From an uncultured Solirubrobacterales bacterium (GTDB lineage: Bacteria > Actinomycetota > Thermoleophilia > Solirubrobacterales > 70-9), in contig CAVUGL010000004.1 of assembly GCA_963740995.1 (NCBI GenBank), positions 297,306-361,305 of the forward strand: a stretch of 64,000 bases of DNA. The letters are read 5' to 3'. The position numbers and the translations under genes were made by a program. The notes under the pieces are model-generated. The model did no database searches, was not told the DNA's origin, and worked only from the letters and a program-made list of their open reading frames with translations. Below are positions 9,078 through 17,695 of this stretch, in pieces (position 1 is the first letter of the stretch; every line of letters begins with the position of its first letter).

Positions 9078-9697
9078 TGTCGCAGACGCCGGCCCCCGAC
9101 AAGCGCCGCGCGATCCTCGACGCCGCGATCACCGTCTTCGCCCGGCAGGGCTTTCACAGCGCCAGGGTCTCCGATGTGGCGGCCGAGGCCGGAGTCGCCT
9201 ACGGGCTCGTCTACCACTACTTCGACTCGAAGGACCAGATGCTGAACGAGCTCTTCTCCGAGCGCTGGGCGCTGCTGGTCGAGGCGAGCCGGGAAGTGCG
9301 GCAGGGTGACGCCCCGCCGCGCGACAAGCTCGCCGGCGTCGCCAACTTCATCATCGAGTCCTACCGCCACGAGCCCGAGCTGATGAAGGTGATCATCGTG
9401 GAGGTGACGCGGGCGGCCAACTCGTTCGGCCGCACCCATCTTCCTGAGATCAGGCAGGCCTACGACCTGGTCGCCGAGATCGTCTCGGACGCCCAGGAGG
9501 CGGGGGAGTTCCGGGACGACGTGGACCCGAACTTCGCCGCCCTGGTCTTCTACGGAGCGATCGAACAGCTGCTCACCGGCTGGATCTTCGGCTCGCTGCC
9601 GGGCAGCGACGCGGACATGGAGCGGGCGAAGCGGCTGGTGATCGAGACCATCTGCGACGGCCTCGAGCCGCGCCCCGTCGGCGACGCGGTGGTCTAA
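9077..9697 (+). CDS. TetR/AcrR-family transcriptional regulator
   Basis: The ATG at 9077 overlaps the nitrilase TGA. The sequence KRRAILDAAITVFARQGFHSARVSDVAAEAGVAYGLVYHYF is a TetR HTH. Confidence 0.88.
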   Translation: MSQTPAPDKRRAILDAAITVFARQGFHSARVSDVAAEAGVAYGLVYHYFDSKDQMLNELFSERWALLVEASREVRQGDAPPRDKLAGVANFIIESYRHEPELMKVIIVEVTRAANSFGRTHLPEIRQAYDLVAEIVSDAQEAGEFRDDVDPNFAALVFYGAIEQLLTGWIFGSLPGSDADMERAKRLVIETICDGLEPRPVGDAVV

Positions 9698-9700
9698 CTC

Positions 9701-10981
9701 GTGTGGGAGGGGCTGGCAAGGACCGAGCGACAGGACCGTGTTCTGCACGGTGCGGCCAAGCTCGTCAACGTCCTGCTCGGGATCGTGCTGCTGCCTCTCT
9801 GGCTCTTCGGCCAGCTGCTCGGCGGGCGCGTACGCGACTTTCTCAGGGCGCTCGAGCGTCGCGGTCAACGAGCGCTGCCGGTCCCCCCGGAGCGCGAGCG
9901 GACGATGGACGCTCTGATGCGCGACCTGCAGGCGATTCCCGAGCACCTCCACCACTCGGACCTCGCGGAGCTGCGCCGCGGCTTTGCGGACATCTCCAAT
10001 TTCGTGGTCGCGCAGCACCGGGAGGGAGCCGTGATCGGCTACCGCTATCCGGGTCAGTTCAAGGACCACATCGTCGAGGGCGCGGACGGTGAGCGAATCG
10101 CCGCGTCGATTGCGCTTCAGGAGGCGGCGAGGCCGTCGCTGATCGTCGTCCACGGTCTCTTCACCAACAGCCGCTTCGACTACGTCCGCCAGATCGCGGT
10201 CCGGGCGTTCTACGAGTGGGGTTTCAACGTCGCGGCGCTCGATCTGCGCAGCTTCGGGATGACGGAGCTGACCAGCCCGGCGCCATCCACGGGTGGATGG
10301 AAGGAAGGCCTCGACATCCTCGCCCTCGCGCGCTACATGAAGGAGCTCGGCGGGACCAGCGTCGGCGCGCTCGGCATCTCGCTCGGCGGGAGTTCGGTGT
10401 TGAACGCCTGTGATCAGGAGGAGACTTCGACCACACTCGACGGCGGAATCCTCGCGGTCTCGCCGCCTGCAGTCCCGAAGCTCGCCTGGGAGAGGCTCTC
10501 GGAGCCGGTCCCGAGGGGCCATCCCCGCTACCCGATCCACCGCGCCTTCGAGGCTGCGCTGATCTCCCGCGTGCGCTCCGGCCGGTGGCCACCGGAGGCC
10601 GAGGACATGATGAGCGCGATGCAGGTCGTTTCGGCGCCGTATTACGGCGTCGAGGCCGACGAGATCTGGGACAACTCGCGGGGCCTCGATCGCGTCGCCA
10701 ACGCAAAGGTCCCCCTGCTCGTCCTGCACCCGGAGGACGACCCCATCATCAAGGTTGAGCAGGCGCGGATGCTGGCGGAGGCGGCCAAGGACAACGACCT
10801 GGTTCGCGTCTGGATCCTGCGCGCCGGCTCCCATGGACTGCTCGAGGCGGCCGATCCGCGCTGGACGCATCTCGTCTACCGGACCTTCTTCGAGCGCTGG
10901 GCGACCTACGCGGAGCGCAGCGTCCCGCAGGCCAACGGGCACGGCCCCGAGTTGGTTTACTCCTCGCAAGAACCCGGGTAG
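9701..10981 (+). CDS. alpha/beta-hydrolase fold protein with N-terminal TM segment
   Basis: 426 aa with SLIVVHGLF and GISLGGS (nucleophile elbow GxSxG). GTG start. Confidence 0.75.
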   Translation: MWEGLARTERQDRVLHGAAKLVNVLLGIVLLPLWLFGQLLGGRVRDFLRALERRGQRALPVPPERERTMDALMRDLQAIPEHLHHSDLAELRRGFADISNFVVAQHREGAVIGYRYPGQFKDHIVEGADGERIAASIALQEAARPSLIVVHGLFTNSRFDYVRQIAVRAFYEWGFNVAALDLRSFGMTELTSPAPSTGGWKEGLDILALARYMKELGGTSVGALGISLGGSSVLNACDQEETSTTLDGGILAVSPPAVPKLAWERLSEPVPRGHPRYPIHRAFEAALISRVRSGRWPPEAEDMMSAMQVVSAPYYGVEADEIWDNSRGLDRVANAKVPLLVLHPEDDPIIKVEQARMLAEAAKDNDLVRVWILRAGSHGLLEAADPRWTHLVYRTFFERWATYAERSVPQANGHGPELVYSSQEPG

Positions 10982-11005
10982 CGCGTTCCCGGGAGAGGAG
11001 GGCAA

Positions 11006-11140
11006 ATGGACAGCGAAATCTTGAGGCGACTGATCTGGGCGGGCCTGCTGGCGGCGACCGGCGCGCTGGCGACCGTGGCCGCGCACCGGCTCTCCGAGGT
11101 GATCTGGCGCCGCGTCTTCAACGAGGAGCCACCCGAATGA
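11006..11140 (+). CDS. small membrane protein (44 aa, DUF4235-like)
   Basis: Below the track cutoff. ATG 11006 is preceded by gggagaggagggcaa. Translation: MDSEILRRLIWAGLLAATGALATVAAHRLSEVIWRRVFNEEPPE. Its TGA overlaps the next ATG (ATGA). Confidence 0.5.
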   Translation: MDSEILRRLIWAGLLAATGALATVAAHRLSEVIWRRVFNEEPPE

Positions 11141-11631
11141 CCGACGGCGAGGGCACTCAGCCGCAGGAGCCGGCCGCTTCCCCTCCGCCGAACCAGGCTC
11201 CGTCCGCCGGCAACGGCGCCAAGGCCCCAGAGGACATGACAGTGGGCGAGCTCGTCTTCGAGGTCTCCGATCGCGCTTCGGTCCTGGTCCGCGAGGAGAT
11301 CGAGCTCGCCAAGACCGAGGTCACCGAGAAGTTCAACAGCCTGCTGCGCGGCTCGGTGGCCGGGCTCGCGGCGGGCATCTTCGTCCTGCTGGCCCTGGCG
11401 ATGCTGATGCACGGTTTCGCCTGGCTGCTCAACGACCTCGTCTTCAACAACTTCTGGGCCGGCTTCTTCGTCGAGGCGGCCCTCTTCCTGCTGATTGCTG
11501 CTGGAGCGGGGCTGTTCGCCTGGCGCGCGTTCAAGCGCTCCGCCCCGCCGACCCCTGACATGGCGATCGAGGAGGCCAAGGAGATCAAGGCGGCCTTCGA
11601 CCAGAACGGACAGGAGGACGCGAATGATTAA
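11137..11631 (+). CDS. phage holin family (Holin-X / superfamily III-like) membrane protein
   Basis: 164 aa with a Pro/Ala-rich N-terminus and two TM helices (VAGLAAGIFVLLALAMLMHGFAWLL, FFVEAALFLLIAAGAGLFAW). Confidence 0.6.
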   Translation: MTDGEGTQPQEPAASPPPNQAPSAGNGAKAPEDMTVGELVFEVSDRASVLVREEIELAKTEVTEKFNSLLRGSVAGLAAGIFVLLALAMLMHGFAWLLNDLVFNNFWAGFFVEAALFLLIAAGAGLFAWRAFKRSAPPTPDMAIEEAKEIKAAFDQNGQEDAND

Positions 11632-11929
11632 ACGGCTTGTGCTGTCGCACAGCCTCGCATCCCCCGCCGGCCGGACCCTTCAGACTCAGGGCAACGGTCG
11701 CTGGACGCCCCCGCCGCCCGGTAGTCGCTCCGCCGAGCAGATCCGCAACGACATCGTTCAGCAGCGGAACGAGCTCTCTCGTTCGGTGGACGCTCTCCGG
11801 AGCCGCTGGGTGCAGGTCACGGACGTGCGCCGCCAGATCCGCGAGCACCGCTCGGAGCTTGCCGTCGGCGCGGCGGTCGTCGGCTTCCTGATCGGCGGAG
11901 CGATCGCGCTCAGGCGCCGACGTTCCTAG
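11624..11929 (+). CDS. DUF3618-like protein with C-terminal TM anchor
   Basis: SAEQIRNDIVQQRNELSRSVDALRSR followed by a TM segment AVGAAVVGFLIGGAIAL. The start was chosen at the ATG overlapping the upstream stop and is uncertain. Confidence 0.55.
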   Translation: MIKRLVLSHSLASPAGRTLQTQGNGRWTPPPPGSRSAEQIRNDIVQQRNELSRSVDALRSRWVQVTDVRRQIREHRSELAVGAAVVGFLIGGAIALRRRRS

Positions 11930-11939
11930 TTTGATGCGA

Positions 11940-11964
11940 GGGCGCGCGTGAGCGCGACCCGTTT
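11940..11964 (+). terminator. GC-rich hairpin between convergent genes
   Basis: GGGCGCGC-GTGA-GCGCG(A)CCC followed by GTTTC. The U-tract is weak. Confidence 0.35.
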
Positions 11965-12833
11965 CAAAACTCGAGAGTCGACGTCGGCACGCCGCCGACG
12001 CCGAGCAGTCCCGGCCCGACGTGCGCCCCGATCACCGGACCGACTTCGGACACGAAGACGGGGTCATGGCCGAAGATCGGCTCGCAGGCCTCAACCAGCC
12101 GCTGCGCGGTCTCCGGGTCCTGGACGTGCTGGACGACCCACGAGTCCGCGCCGTCCTCGTGGCGCTGGCGCGCGTAGTCGACCATCCGCTCGAAAGCCCG
12201 GGCGCGGGTGCGCACCCGCTCGATCGGGGTGATCTCGTTCTCGAGGGTGAGGATCGGCTTGATCTTCAGGGTGGTGCCGATCCAGGCGCGCGCCGCGCCG
12301 ATCCGGCCACCACGTCGCAGATAGTCGAGCGTGTCGACCGCGAACCAGATCTTGAGCTCCTCCCGGGCCGTCTCGGCGCGGGCTTTCGCCTGAGACGCGC
12401 TTTCGCCCTTCTCGGCGGCGTGGGCGGCCGCGAGGATCATCAGCCCCATCCCGCCGGCACCCGTTGACGAGTCGCAGACGACGATGCGCTCGCCGCCCTT
12501 GCCCTCGGCGGTGAGCCGCTCACGCGCCTGCATCGCCGATTCATAGGTACCGGAGATGCCGGAGGAGAGGTGGATCGAGACGATCTCCTTGCCCTCGGCC
12601 AGCAGCGGCTCGTATACCGAGATGAAGTCGCCTACCGACGGCTGCGAGGTGGTCACGGTCTGGTCGGAGACGCGCAGTCGCTCGTAGAACGCGTGGAGGT
12701 CCTTGATGTCGGACTCCCTCTCCTGCTCTCCCTCCACCCCGACGTAGAGACTGACGAGCCTGATGTCGTGCTCGGCCAGCAGTTCCGGCGTCAGGTACGA
12801 GGTCGTGTCGGCGACCACGGCGGTCGAGGGCAT
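11964..12833 (-). CDS. DegV family fatty-acid-binding protein
   Basis: 289 aa with AVVADTTSYLTPELLAEHDIRLVSLYV and IHLSSGISGTYESA. Confidence 0.88.
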   Translation of the reverse strand: MPSTAVVADTTSYLTPELLAEHDIRLVSLYVGVEGEQERESDIKDLHAFYERLRVSDQTVTTSQPSVGDFISVYEPLLAEGKEIVSIHLSSGISGTYESAMQARERLTAEGKGGERIVVCDSSTGAGGMGLMILAAAHAAEKGESASQAKARAETAREELKIWFAVDTLDYLRRGGRIGAARAWIGTTLKIKPILTLENEITPIERVRTRARAFERMVDYARQRHEDGADSWVVQHVQDPETAQRLVEACEPIFGHDPVFVSEVGPVIGAHVGPGLLGVGGVPTSTLEF

Positions 12834-12858
12834 TCGAGCGTTCTACCATGCCCGCCCT

Positions 12859-13911
12859 ATGTCCAAGACGCTCGTCACCGGCGGGACGGGCTTTGTCGGT
12901 CTCCATCTGGTCAAGGAGCTCGCTCGCAGGGGCGACGACCTGAGGCTGCTGGTCCGCAAGGAGAGCAACACGGAGCCGCTCGAGGAAATCGAGTGGGAGC
13001 GCGCCGTCGGCGATGTCACCGACCGCAAGGCGGTCCGCAAGGCGATGAAGGGCGTCGAGCGGGTCTTCCACGTCGCAGGTACCACCTCGATGCGAAGCCG
13101 GGACCGCGGCCGCGTCTTCGAGGTCAACGTCGAGGGGACGCGCAACGTGATGGAGGAGGCGTTGCGCGCCGGCGTCGTCCGCGCCGTGCTCACCTCGAGC
13201 TCGAGCGCAGTCGGCGCGGCGCGCCCGGGCGAGACCATCGACGAGGACCACCCGTTCACGGTGGGCCGTCTCGGGATCGCCTACATCAACTCCAAGCACG
13301 AGGCCGAGCTGGTCTCGATGCGCGTAGCCGCCAAGGGGCTGCCGGTCGTGATCGTGAACCCGTCGTTCGTCCTCGGCCCCGAGGATCCGAATCCGAGCGG
13401 CACCTCAAACGCGCTGGTGCGACGGCTCCTGCTGCGCCGCATCCCCGGCTACTTGGATGGAGCCATCAACATCGTGGACGTTCGCGACGTCGCCAGGGGC
13501 CACGTCCTCGCCGACGAGCGCGGGGAGGAGGGTGAGCGCTACCTGCTCACCGGCAGGAACTTCACCCAGCAGCGGCTGTTCGCCGATCTGAGCCGGATCG
13601 CGGGCGTGCCGCCCCCGCCGGTGCGGATCCAGGGGCGGCTCGCTGTGGCGGGCGTCGAGGCGATGGAGCTGATCGGTTGGCGCGTGCCGACCTCCGCCGA
13701 CGAGGTGCGATCCGGAAGCCAGTGGTTCACCTACCGCAACGACAAGGCGCGAAAGAAGCTCGGCTGGGAGCCGCGGCCGCACGAGGAGACCCTCGAGGAC
13801 ACCGTCAACTGGCAGCTCGAGGAGCTCGGCGAACGCACCGAGGGGCACCGTCTCACGGACCTCGCGCTGCGCACCACCGGCGGCGTCCTGCGTCATATTC
13901 CCTTCATCTAG
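12859..13911 (+). CDS. NAD-dependent epimerase/dehydratase (dihydroflavonol-reductase/HpnA-like SDR)
   Basis: The ATG at 12859 gives MSKTLVTGGTGFVGLHLVKEL. The track ORF start at 12763 is an over-extension. Confidence 0.85.
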   Translation: MSKTLVTGGTGFVGLHLVKELARRGDDLRLLVRKESNTEPLEEIEWERAVGDVTDRKAVRKAMKGVERVFHVAGTTSMRSRDRGRVFEVNVEGTRNVMEEALRAGVVRAVLTSSSSAVGAARPGETIDEDHPFTVGRLGIAYINSKHEAELVSMRVAAKGLPVVIVNPSFVLGPEDPNPSGTSNALVRRLLLRRIPGYLDGAINIVDVRDVARGHVLADERGEEGERYLLTGRNFTQQRLFADLSRIAGVPPPPVRIQGRLAVAGVEAMELIGWRVPTSADEVRSGSQWFTYRNDKARKKLGWEPRPHEETLEDTVNWQLEELGERTEGHRLTDLALRTTGGVLRHIPFI

Positions 13912-13959
13912 CTATCCCCGCATTCCAATGCGGTTTGCGGCCGTTTTGCTAACCGATTG

Positions 13960-15068
13960 CTAACGGGCGAGTTCGGCGGCGAGCGTTTCGGCGGCGACCT
14001 CGTCCGACTGCGGAAGCAGATGGGCATACGTCGAGAGCACCGTCTTCGGGTCGTCTCCGAGCCGTGCGGCCACGATGTGTACGGGAACGCCGGCGGTGAG
14101 TGCGAGGGTGGCCGCGGTGTGCCGCAGGATGTGAAGTGTTCCGCTCGCTATTCCGACCGCCTTGCGGTGTTTGCCGAATAAATCGGTGAGCCGCATCGGG
14201 TGGATCGCGCCGCCGAGCTCGTCCGCGAAAACCAGGTCACGATCCGCGTAGGCGTCCCCGGCGAAGTCACGCTCGAGCAGCTGAGCATCACGATGTTGGC
14301 GAAGTGCCGCAACCGTCTCGCCGTCCAGCGCGATCGTCCGCCGTGAGCGCGCCGACTTCGGCGGTCCGAAGCTTGCGCCGCCGCGGGTGGGGATGAGCTG
14401 TTGCTCGACCGAGAGCCGCGCGCCGTCGAGGTCGAGAGTGCGCCACGTCAGTCCGGCGAGTTCCCCCCTGCGCATTCCGCTTGTCGCCGCCAGTCGCCAG
14501 AGCGCGAAGAGGCGATCGCCTGCGACGTGTTCAAGGAACCGACGGAGCTCGCCAGCCGTCCAGGCTTCGACCTTTGAGACGCTCCGGCTCGTGGGTCCGC
14601 AAGGTCGGCGGGGTTGCGCGTCAGCTTCCCCCACCGCACCGCATCGCGGAGGGCACGGTGCAGGACGGCATGGGTGCCGCGGCGCGTCGACGTCGAGAGT
14701 CCTGCATGCTCGAGCTCCGCGTAGAGCCCGTTCAGATGTGCCGGCGAGAGCGACTGGAGCCGCACGCGGCCGAGCGACGGGTTAATCCGCAGCCTGATGA
14801 CCTGTTGGTACTGCTGGATGCTCAGCGGTCGCAGGGTTCCCTCGACCGCCGGAAGCCACGCGGCCAGGTACTCAGACACCGTCTCCTTCGAAGGCTGCGC
14901 ATAGGAGCCGTCGCCGAGACGGCGGAGCTGGTCGGCGAGGAACGCCTCAGCCTCGCGCCTGGTGGTGAAGCCGCCCTTGGAACGCTGGCGCCGCCGTCCG
15001 CCCTCGTCGTGTCCCTCGTCGTAGACGACAGTCCAACTCGACCCCCGCTTTCTGACGTGACCGCGCAT
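13960..15068 (-). pseudogene. tyrosine recombinase (phage-type integrase), frameshifted
   Basis: The N-terminal ORF 14448..15110 reads MRGHVRKRGSSWTVVYDEG...NPADLADP. The C-terminal ORF 13960..14634 reads EAWTAGELRRFLEH...HILRHTAATLAL...LSTYAHLLP, carrying R, HxxR and Y. They are in different frames, and the junction maps to the TTT run at 14573..14575. Confidence 0.85.
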
Positions 15069-15493
15069 CAGTCGGCCCGCTCCGGCGGTGTCTCGGTGGC
15101 CTGGTCCCATGCGTCGGCCACCCGCTCATCGAATTCCTGCTTTGGAACCTCAGAGAGGTAGAAGCGCGCGTTCTGGTTGAAGAACGGCCGCTCGCCGCGA
15201 ATCCACGCGCGCATCTCGAGAGGACTGGCTTCGAAGCTGCCGAGCGTCAGAGGTTCATCTCCGTCTGGATGGGCGAGCAGATGAACTGGCGCGACGTCGA
15301 GTGCCAGCGCGTACCGCAGAAACTCCGAGAGTGAGAGACCGCGCTGCCCGAGTTCGACCTTCGCCACGGCGGCGCGGTCGATCTTGGTGCCGCCGATCAA
15401 GTTGAGCTCCCTCGCGAGGTCCTGCTGAGTCCAGCCGTGGCGCTTGCGTAGTTCGCGGATGCGCTCGCGGGCCGTCTGTTCAGGTGTCTTCAA
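15068..15493 (-). CDS. XRE-family helix-turn-helix regulator (repressor-like)
   Basis: 141 aa with RIRELRKRHGWTQQDLARELNLIGGTKIDRAAVAKVELGQRGLSLSEF. TTG start. Its stop overlaps the integrase ATG (ATGA). Confidence 0.8.
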   Translation of the reverse strand: MKTPEQTARERIRELRKRHGWTQQDLARELNLIGGTKIDRAAVAKVELGQRGLSLSEFLRYALALDVAPVHLLAHPDGDEPLTLGSFEASPLEMRAWIRGERPFFNQNARFYLSEVPKQEFDERVADAWDQATETPPERAD

Positions 15494-15572
15494 CTCAATT
15501 CCTTAGTACCAATATCGCACAAAAGTGTACCAGATCATCATATGTATGTGCGGAATGCTTATCATTGTTCGC
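15494..15572. promoter_or_regulatory. AT-rich divergent promoter/operator region (xre versus xis)
   Basis: This is the lowest-GC stretch of the left island end. A GTACCA direct repeat sits at 15506..15511 and 15527..15532, 21 bp apart. Confidence 0.4.
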
Positions 15573-15787
15573 GTGAGCGATTCAAGAACAGCATCGAGTG
15601 AAAACCGCACGGACACCCTCCTCACCGTGAGCGACGTGGCCGGGTGGCTCGGGATCGCCGAGGGCACCCTGCGCTACTGGCGTCACGTCCACCGCGGGCC
15701 CCGCTCACTCTCGGTTGGCGGCGCGGTGCGCTACGGGTGCGCGACATCGAGCAGTGGCTGGAGCGATCCGCCGAGCCTGGGGAATGA
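15573..15787 (+). pseudogene. excisionase/AlpA-like HTH gene, frameshifted
   Basis: LLTVSDVAGWLGIAEGTLRYWRHVHRGPRSLSVGGAVRY is followed, after a 1-nt shift near 15733, by RVRDIEQWLERSAEPGE-stop. The stop overlaps the next ATG (ATGA). Confidence 0.6.
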
Positions 15788-16011
15788 ACGAGCGCGCCGT
15801 CTACACGATCGAGGAAGCGGCACAGATGCTCGGCGTCGGCCGCTCGACCGCTTACGACGCGGCTCGCCGTGGCGAGCTTCCGGTCGTCCGGCTCGGCCGG
15901 CGCTTGTTGGTCCCGAGGGCTCGGCTGAATGAACTTCTTGGCATCAATAAAGCCAATGGAAGCGGCACAGGGGCCGATTCCCCGAAAGAGAACGGGGGCG
16001 AAGTCGGGTAG
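15784..16011 (+). CDS. excisionase-family helix-turn-helix DNA-binding protein
   Basis: 75 aa: MNERAVYTIEEAAQMLGVGRSTAYDAARRGELPVVRLGRRLLVPRARLNELL. Confidence 0.75.
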   Translation: MNERAVYTIEEAAQMLGVGRSTAYDAARRGELPVVRLGRRLLVPRARLNELLGINKANGSGTGADSPKENGGEVG

Positions 16012-16304
16012 GCGCTCACGCCGGGTAGCCCCGGCCAGTAACTCGCCCCTCGGCCGCACAAGCCCCGCGGGAGCTCTGGACCAGCTGGGGTGTTGAACCG
16101 GCCAGGTTTGACGATGAGGCTCCGCGGGCCCGCCAAGGATTCGGATCGGTCACCAGCACGGAAGGACGCGATACCCGGAGCGGACCGTATGGGAGCGGAG
16201 ATGCGAGCGGACTAGTCCACCGCTCAGCGGCCTAGGCGAGATCAGACATTGGAAACCACCCGGTAAGGGCAGCTACCCCTGCCGCCTGAAGGAAAGGGAA
16301 GAAC

Positions 16305-16577
16305 ATGAGTTACAAGAGCAGAGAGAAGAAACGCCGCGCCAAGCTAGCGATCGCCGGCAGTAAGGGCCGAGCCGACCGCTGGTACATCACACCGGTTCGC
16401 CGCCACTGCTGCTGCAACCGCTGCGGCGTCTCCCTGCGGGCTGGGCAGCACACCATGGTCTTCCGGCACTCGCCGAAGGAGATCCGTTGCCAGGGCTGCG
16501 CGGACTCCGAGCGGATTTCCTATCGGCCCTCGAGGCGCTGGGATGCTCAGAAGGCCCGGGAGCTCAAGGCGGCATGA
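16305..16577 (+). CDS. hypothetical basic protein with 4-Cys zinc-ribbon
   Basis: 90 aa. SD ggaaagggaag upstream, a Lys/Arg-rich N-terminus, and CNRC...CQGC. Confidence 0.45.
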   Translation: MSYKSREKKRRAKLAIAGSKGRADRWYITPVRRHCCCNRCGVSLRAGQHTMVFRHSPKEIRCQGCADSERISYRPSRRWDAQKARELKAA

Positions 16578-16600
16578 CTAGCCGAGTACCGAACCTTGGC

Positions 16601-17002
16601 TTAATCAGACAGCCCGGCGGCTTTGAGGGCCTCCTCGCGCGACTCGTACATGCGGTAGCGCACGACCTTCGACTCCCTCAGGTCGTAGACGGAAAAGAAA
16701 TCGCGCTCCATGTGAATCCCGCTCTGCCGGCCTATGCCACGTTGGCGAAAGACGACCACCACCGAATCCCCTGCATCGAGGTACTCGCTGAATTCAACTT
16801 CGAAGTCCCTCCAGGTTCCAAGCCAGTCGCGGAAGAACTGCTCCACCCCCGCGTGGCCGTGAAGAACGCCTGCCGAGGGCCAGTTGCTCGCGGAGGTGTC
16901 CCACACGACGTCCGGATCGAAGTACTCACGCCACTTGTCGCGGTCGCCTTTCTCAAAGAGTTGGCTGAACTCCTTGACGATCTCAACGTTCTCCTCCGAC
17001 AT
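16601..17002 (-). CDS. SnoaL-like/NTF2-fold protein, cassette A (only intact copy)
   Basis: 133 aa: MSEENVEIVKEFSQLFEKGD...VVRYRMYESREEALKAAGLSD. Confidence 0.75.
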   Translation of the reverse strand: MSEENVEIVKEFSQLFEKGDRDKWREYFDPDVVWDTSASNWPSAGVLHGHAGVEQFFRDWLGTWRDFEVEFSEYLDAGDSVVVVFRQRGIGRQSGIHMERDFFSVYDLRESKVVRYRMYESREEALKAAGLSD

Positions 17003-17005
17003 CGC

Positions 17006-17412
17006 CTACTCTCGCAGCTCGGCGGTTTTGAGGGCTTCGGCACGGGTCCAGAAGACTCGGCGTCTGGTAATCAGGCCGTCGGCGAACAGGACGATCTGCC
17101 AGGTGCGGTATTCAAACGGCACGCCGCTGCCCCTACGGCGTGCTGTGAGAACCACGGCGATGAAGACCCGGTCATCACCCAAGTCCGTTATCTGCTCGAT
17201 CTCGATGTGGACGCCCTCCTCCGCGTTTTCCCACATCAGCTCGATCCACTCTCGCACCTCTGCGCGCCCGCGGTAAAGCTCACCAATCCCGGGGACACTA
17301 CCAGGGCCTCCCATACGACATCAGGGCTGAGGAAGGCCAGGAAGCCGTCGAGGTCGCTGCGGTTGAGAGCGTCAATGGCCTTCCGTGCCAGCGCTACGTT
17401 CTCCTCCGACAT
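17006..17412 (-). pseudogene. SnoaL-like cassette B, one frameshift
   Basis: The ATG at 17412 gives MSEENVALARKAIDALNRSDLDGFLAFLSPDVVWE. The frame then changes near 17310 into GPGSVPGIGELYRGRAEVREWIE...RAEALKTAELRE (track ORF 17006..17314). Confidence 0.7.
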
Positions 17413-17415
17413 CGC

Positions 17416-17695
17416 CTATTCCCGAAGGCCGGCGGCTTCATTGGCCCGCGCCCACTCGATGATGTTCTGCGAGCTGTCGATGATCGTGCCGCTGTCGAGC
17501 ACAAGCGTGGGCACCTTGTAGTTGCCGGTCAGGCGCTTGACCTCACGCCGCCCTGGAAAGAGCGGGTCGGTTCGGTAGCAGCCACCGGTCTTGCTACCTC
17601 GGGCTGGTAGCCCGCCGTGACCAAGGCTTCGTGGGCTTTACCGCAAGGGTGTCCCCGGTGGGACGGAACGTCCCCCAGCACACGTAGAGCCTCAT
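17416..17695 (-). pseudogene. glutaredoxin-like / GST-N-terminal-domain cassette, at least 2 frameshifts
   Basis: Three frames read in turn: MRLYVCWGTF, then PSHRGHPCGKAHEALVTAGYQPEV, then PGRREVKRLTGNYKVPTLVLDSGTIIDSSQNIIEWARANEAAGLRE-stop. Same family as 22025..22321. Confidence 0.6.

Noticed and set aside
16012-16304. A 290-bp gap after the Xis genes, considered as a possible missing rep/primase gene or ncRNA.
   Set aside because: No frame gives a convincing protein; the best is a 33-aa Arg-rich ORF. Only a weak 5-bp hairpin (GGCAG...CTGCC) precedes the Zn-ribbon SD. Left unassigned.
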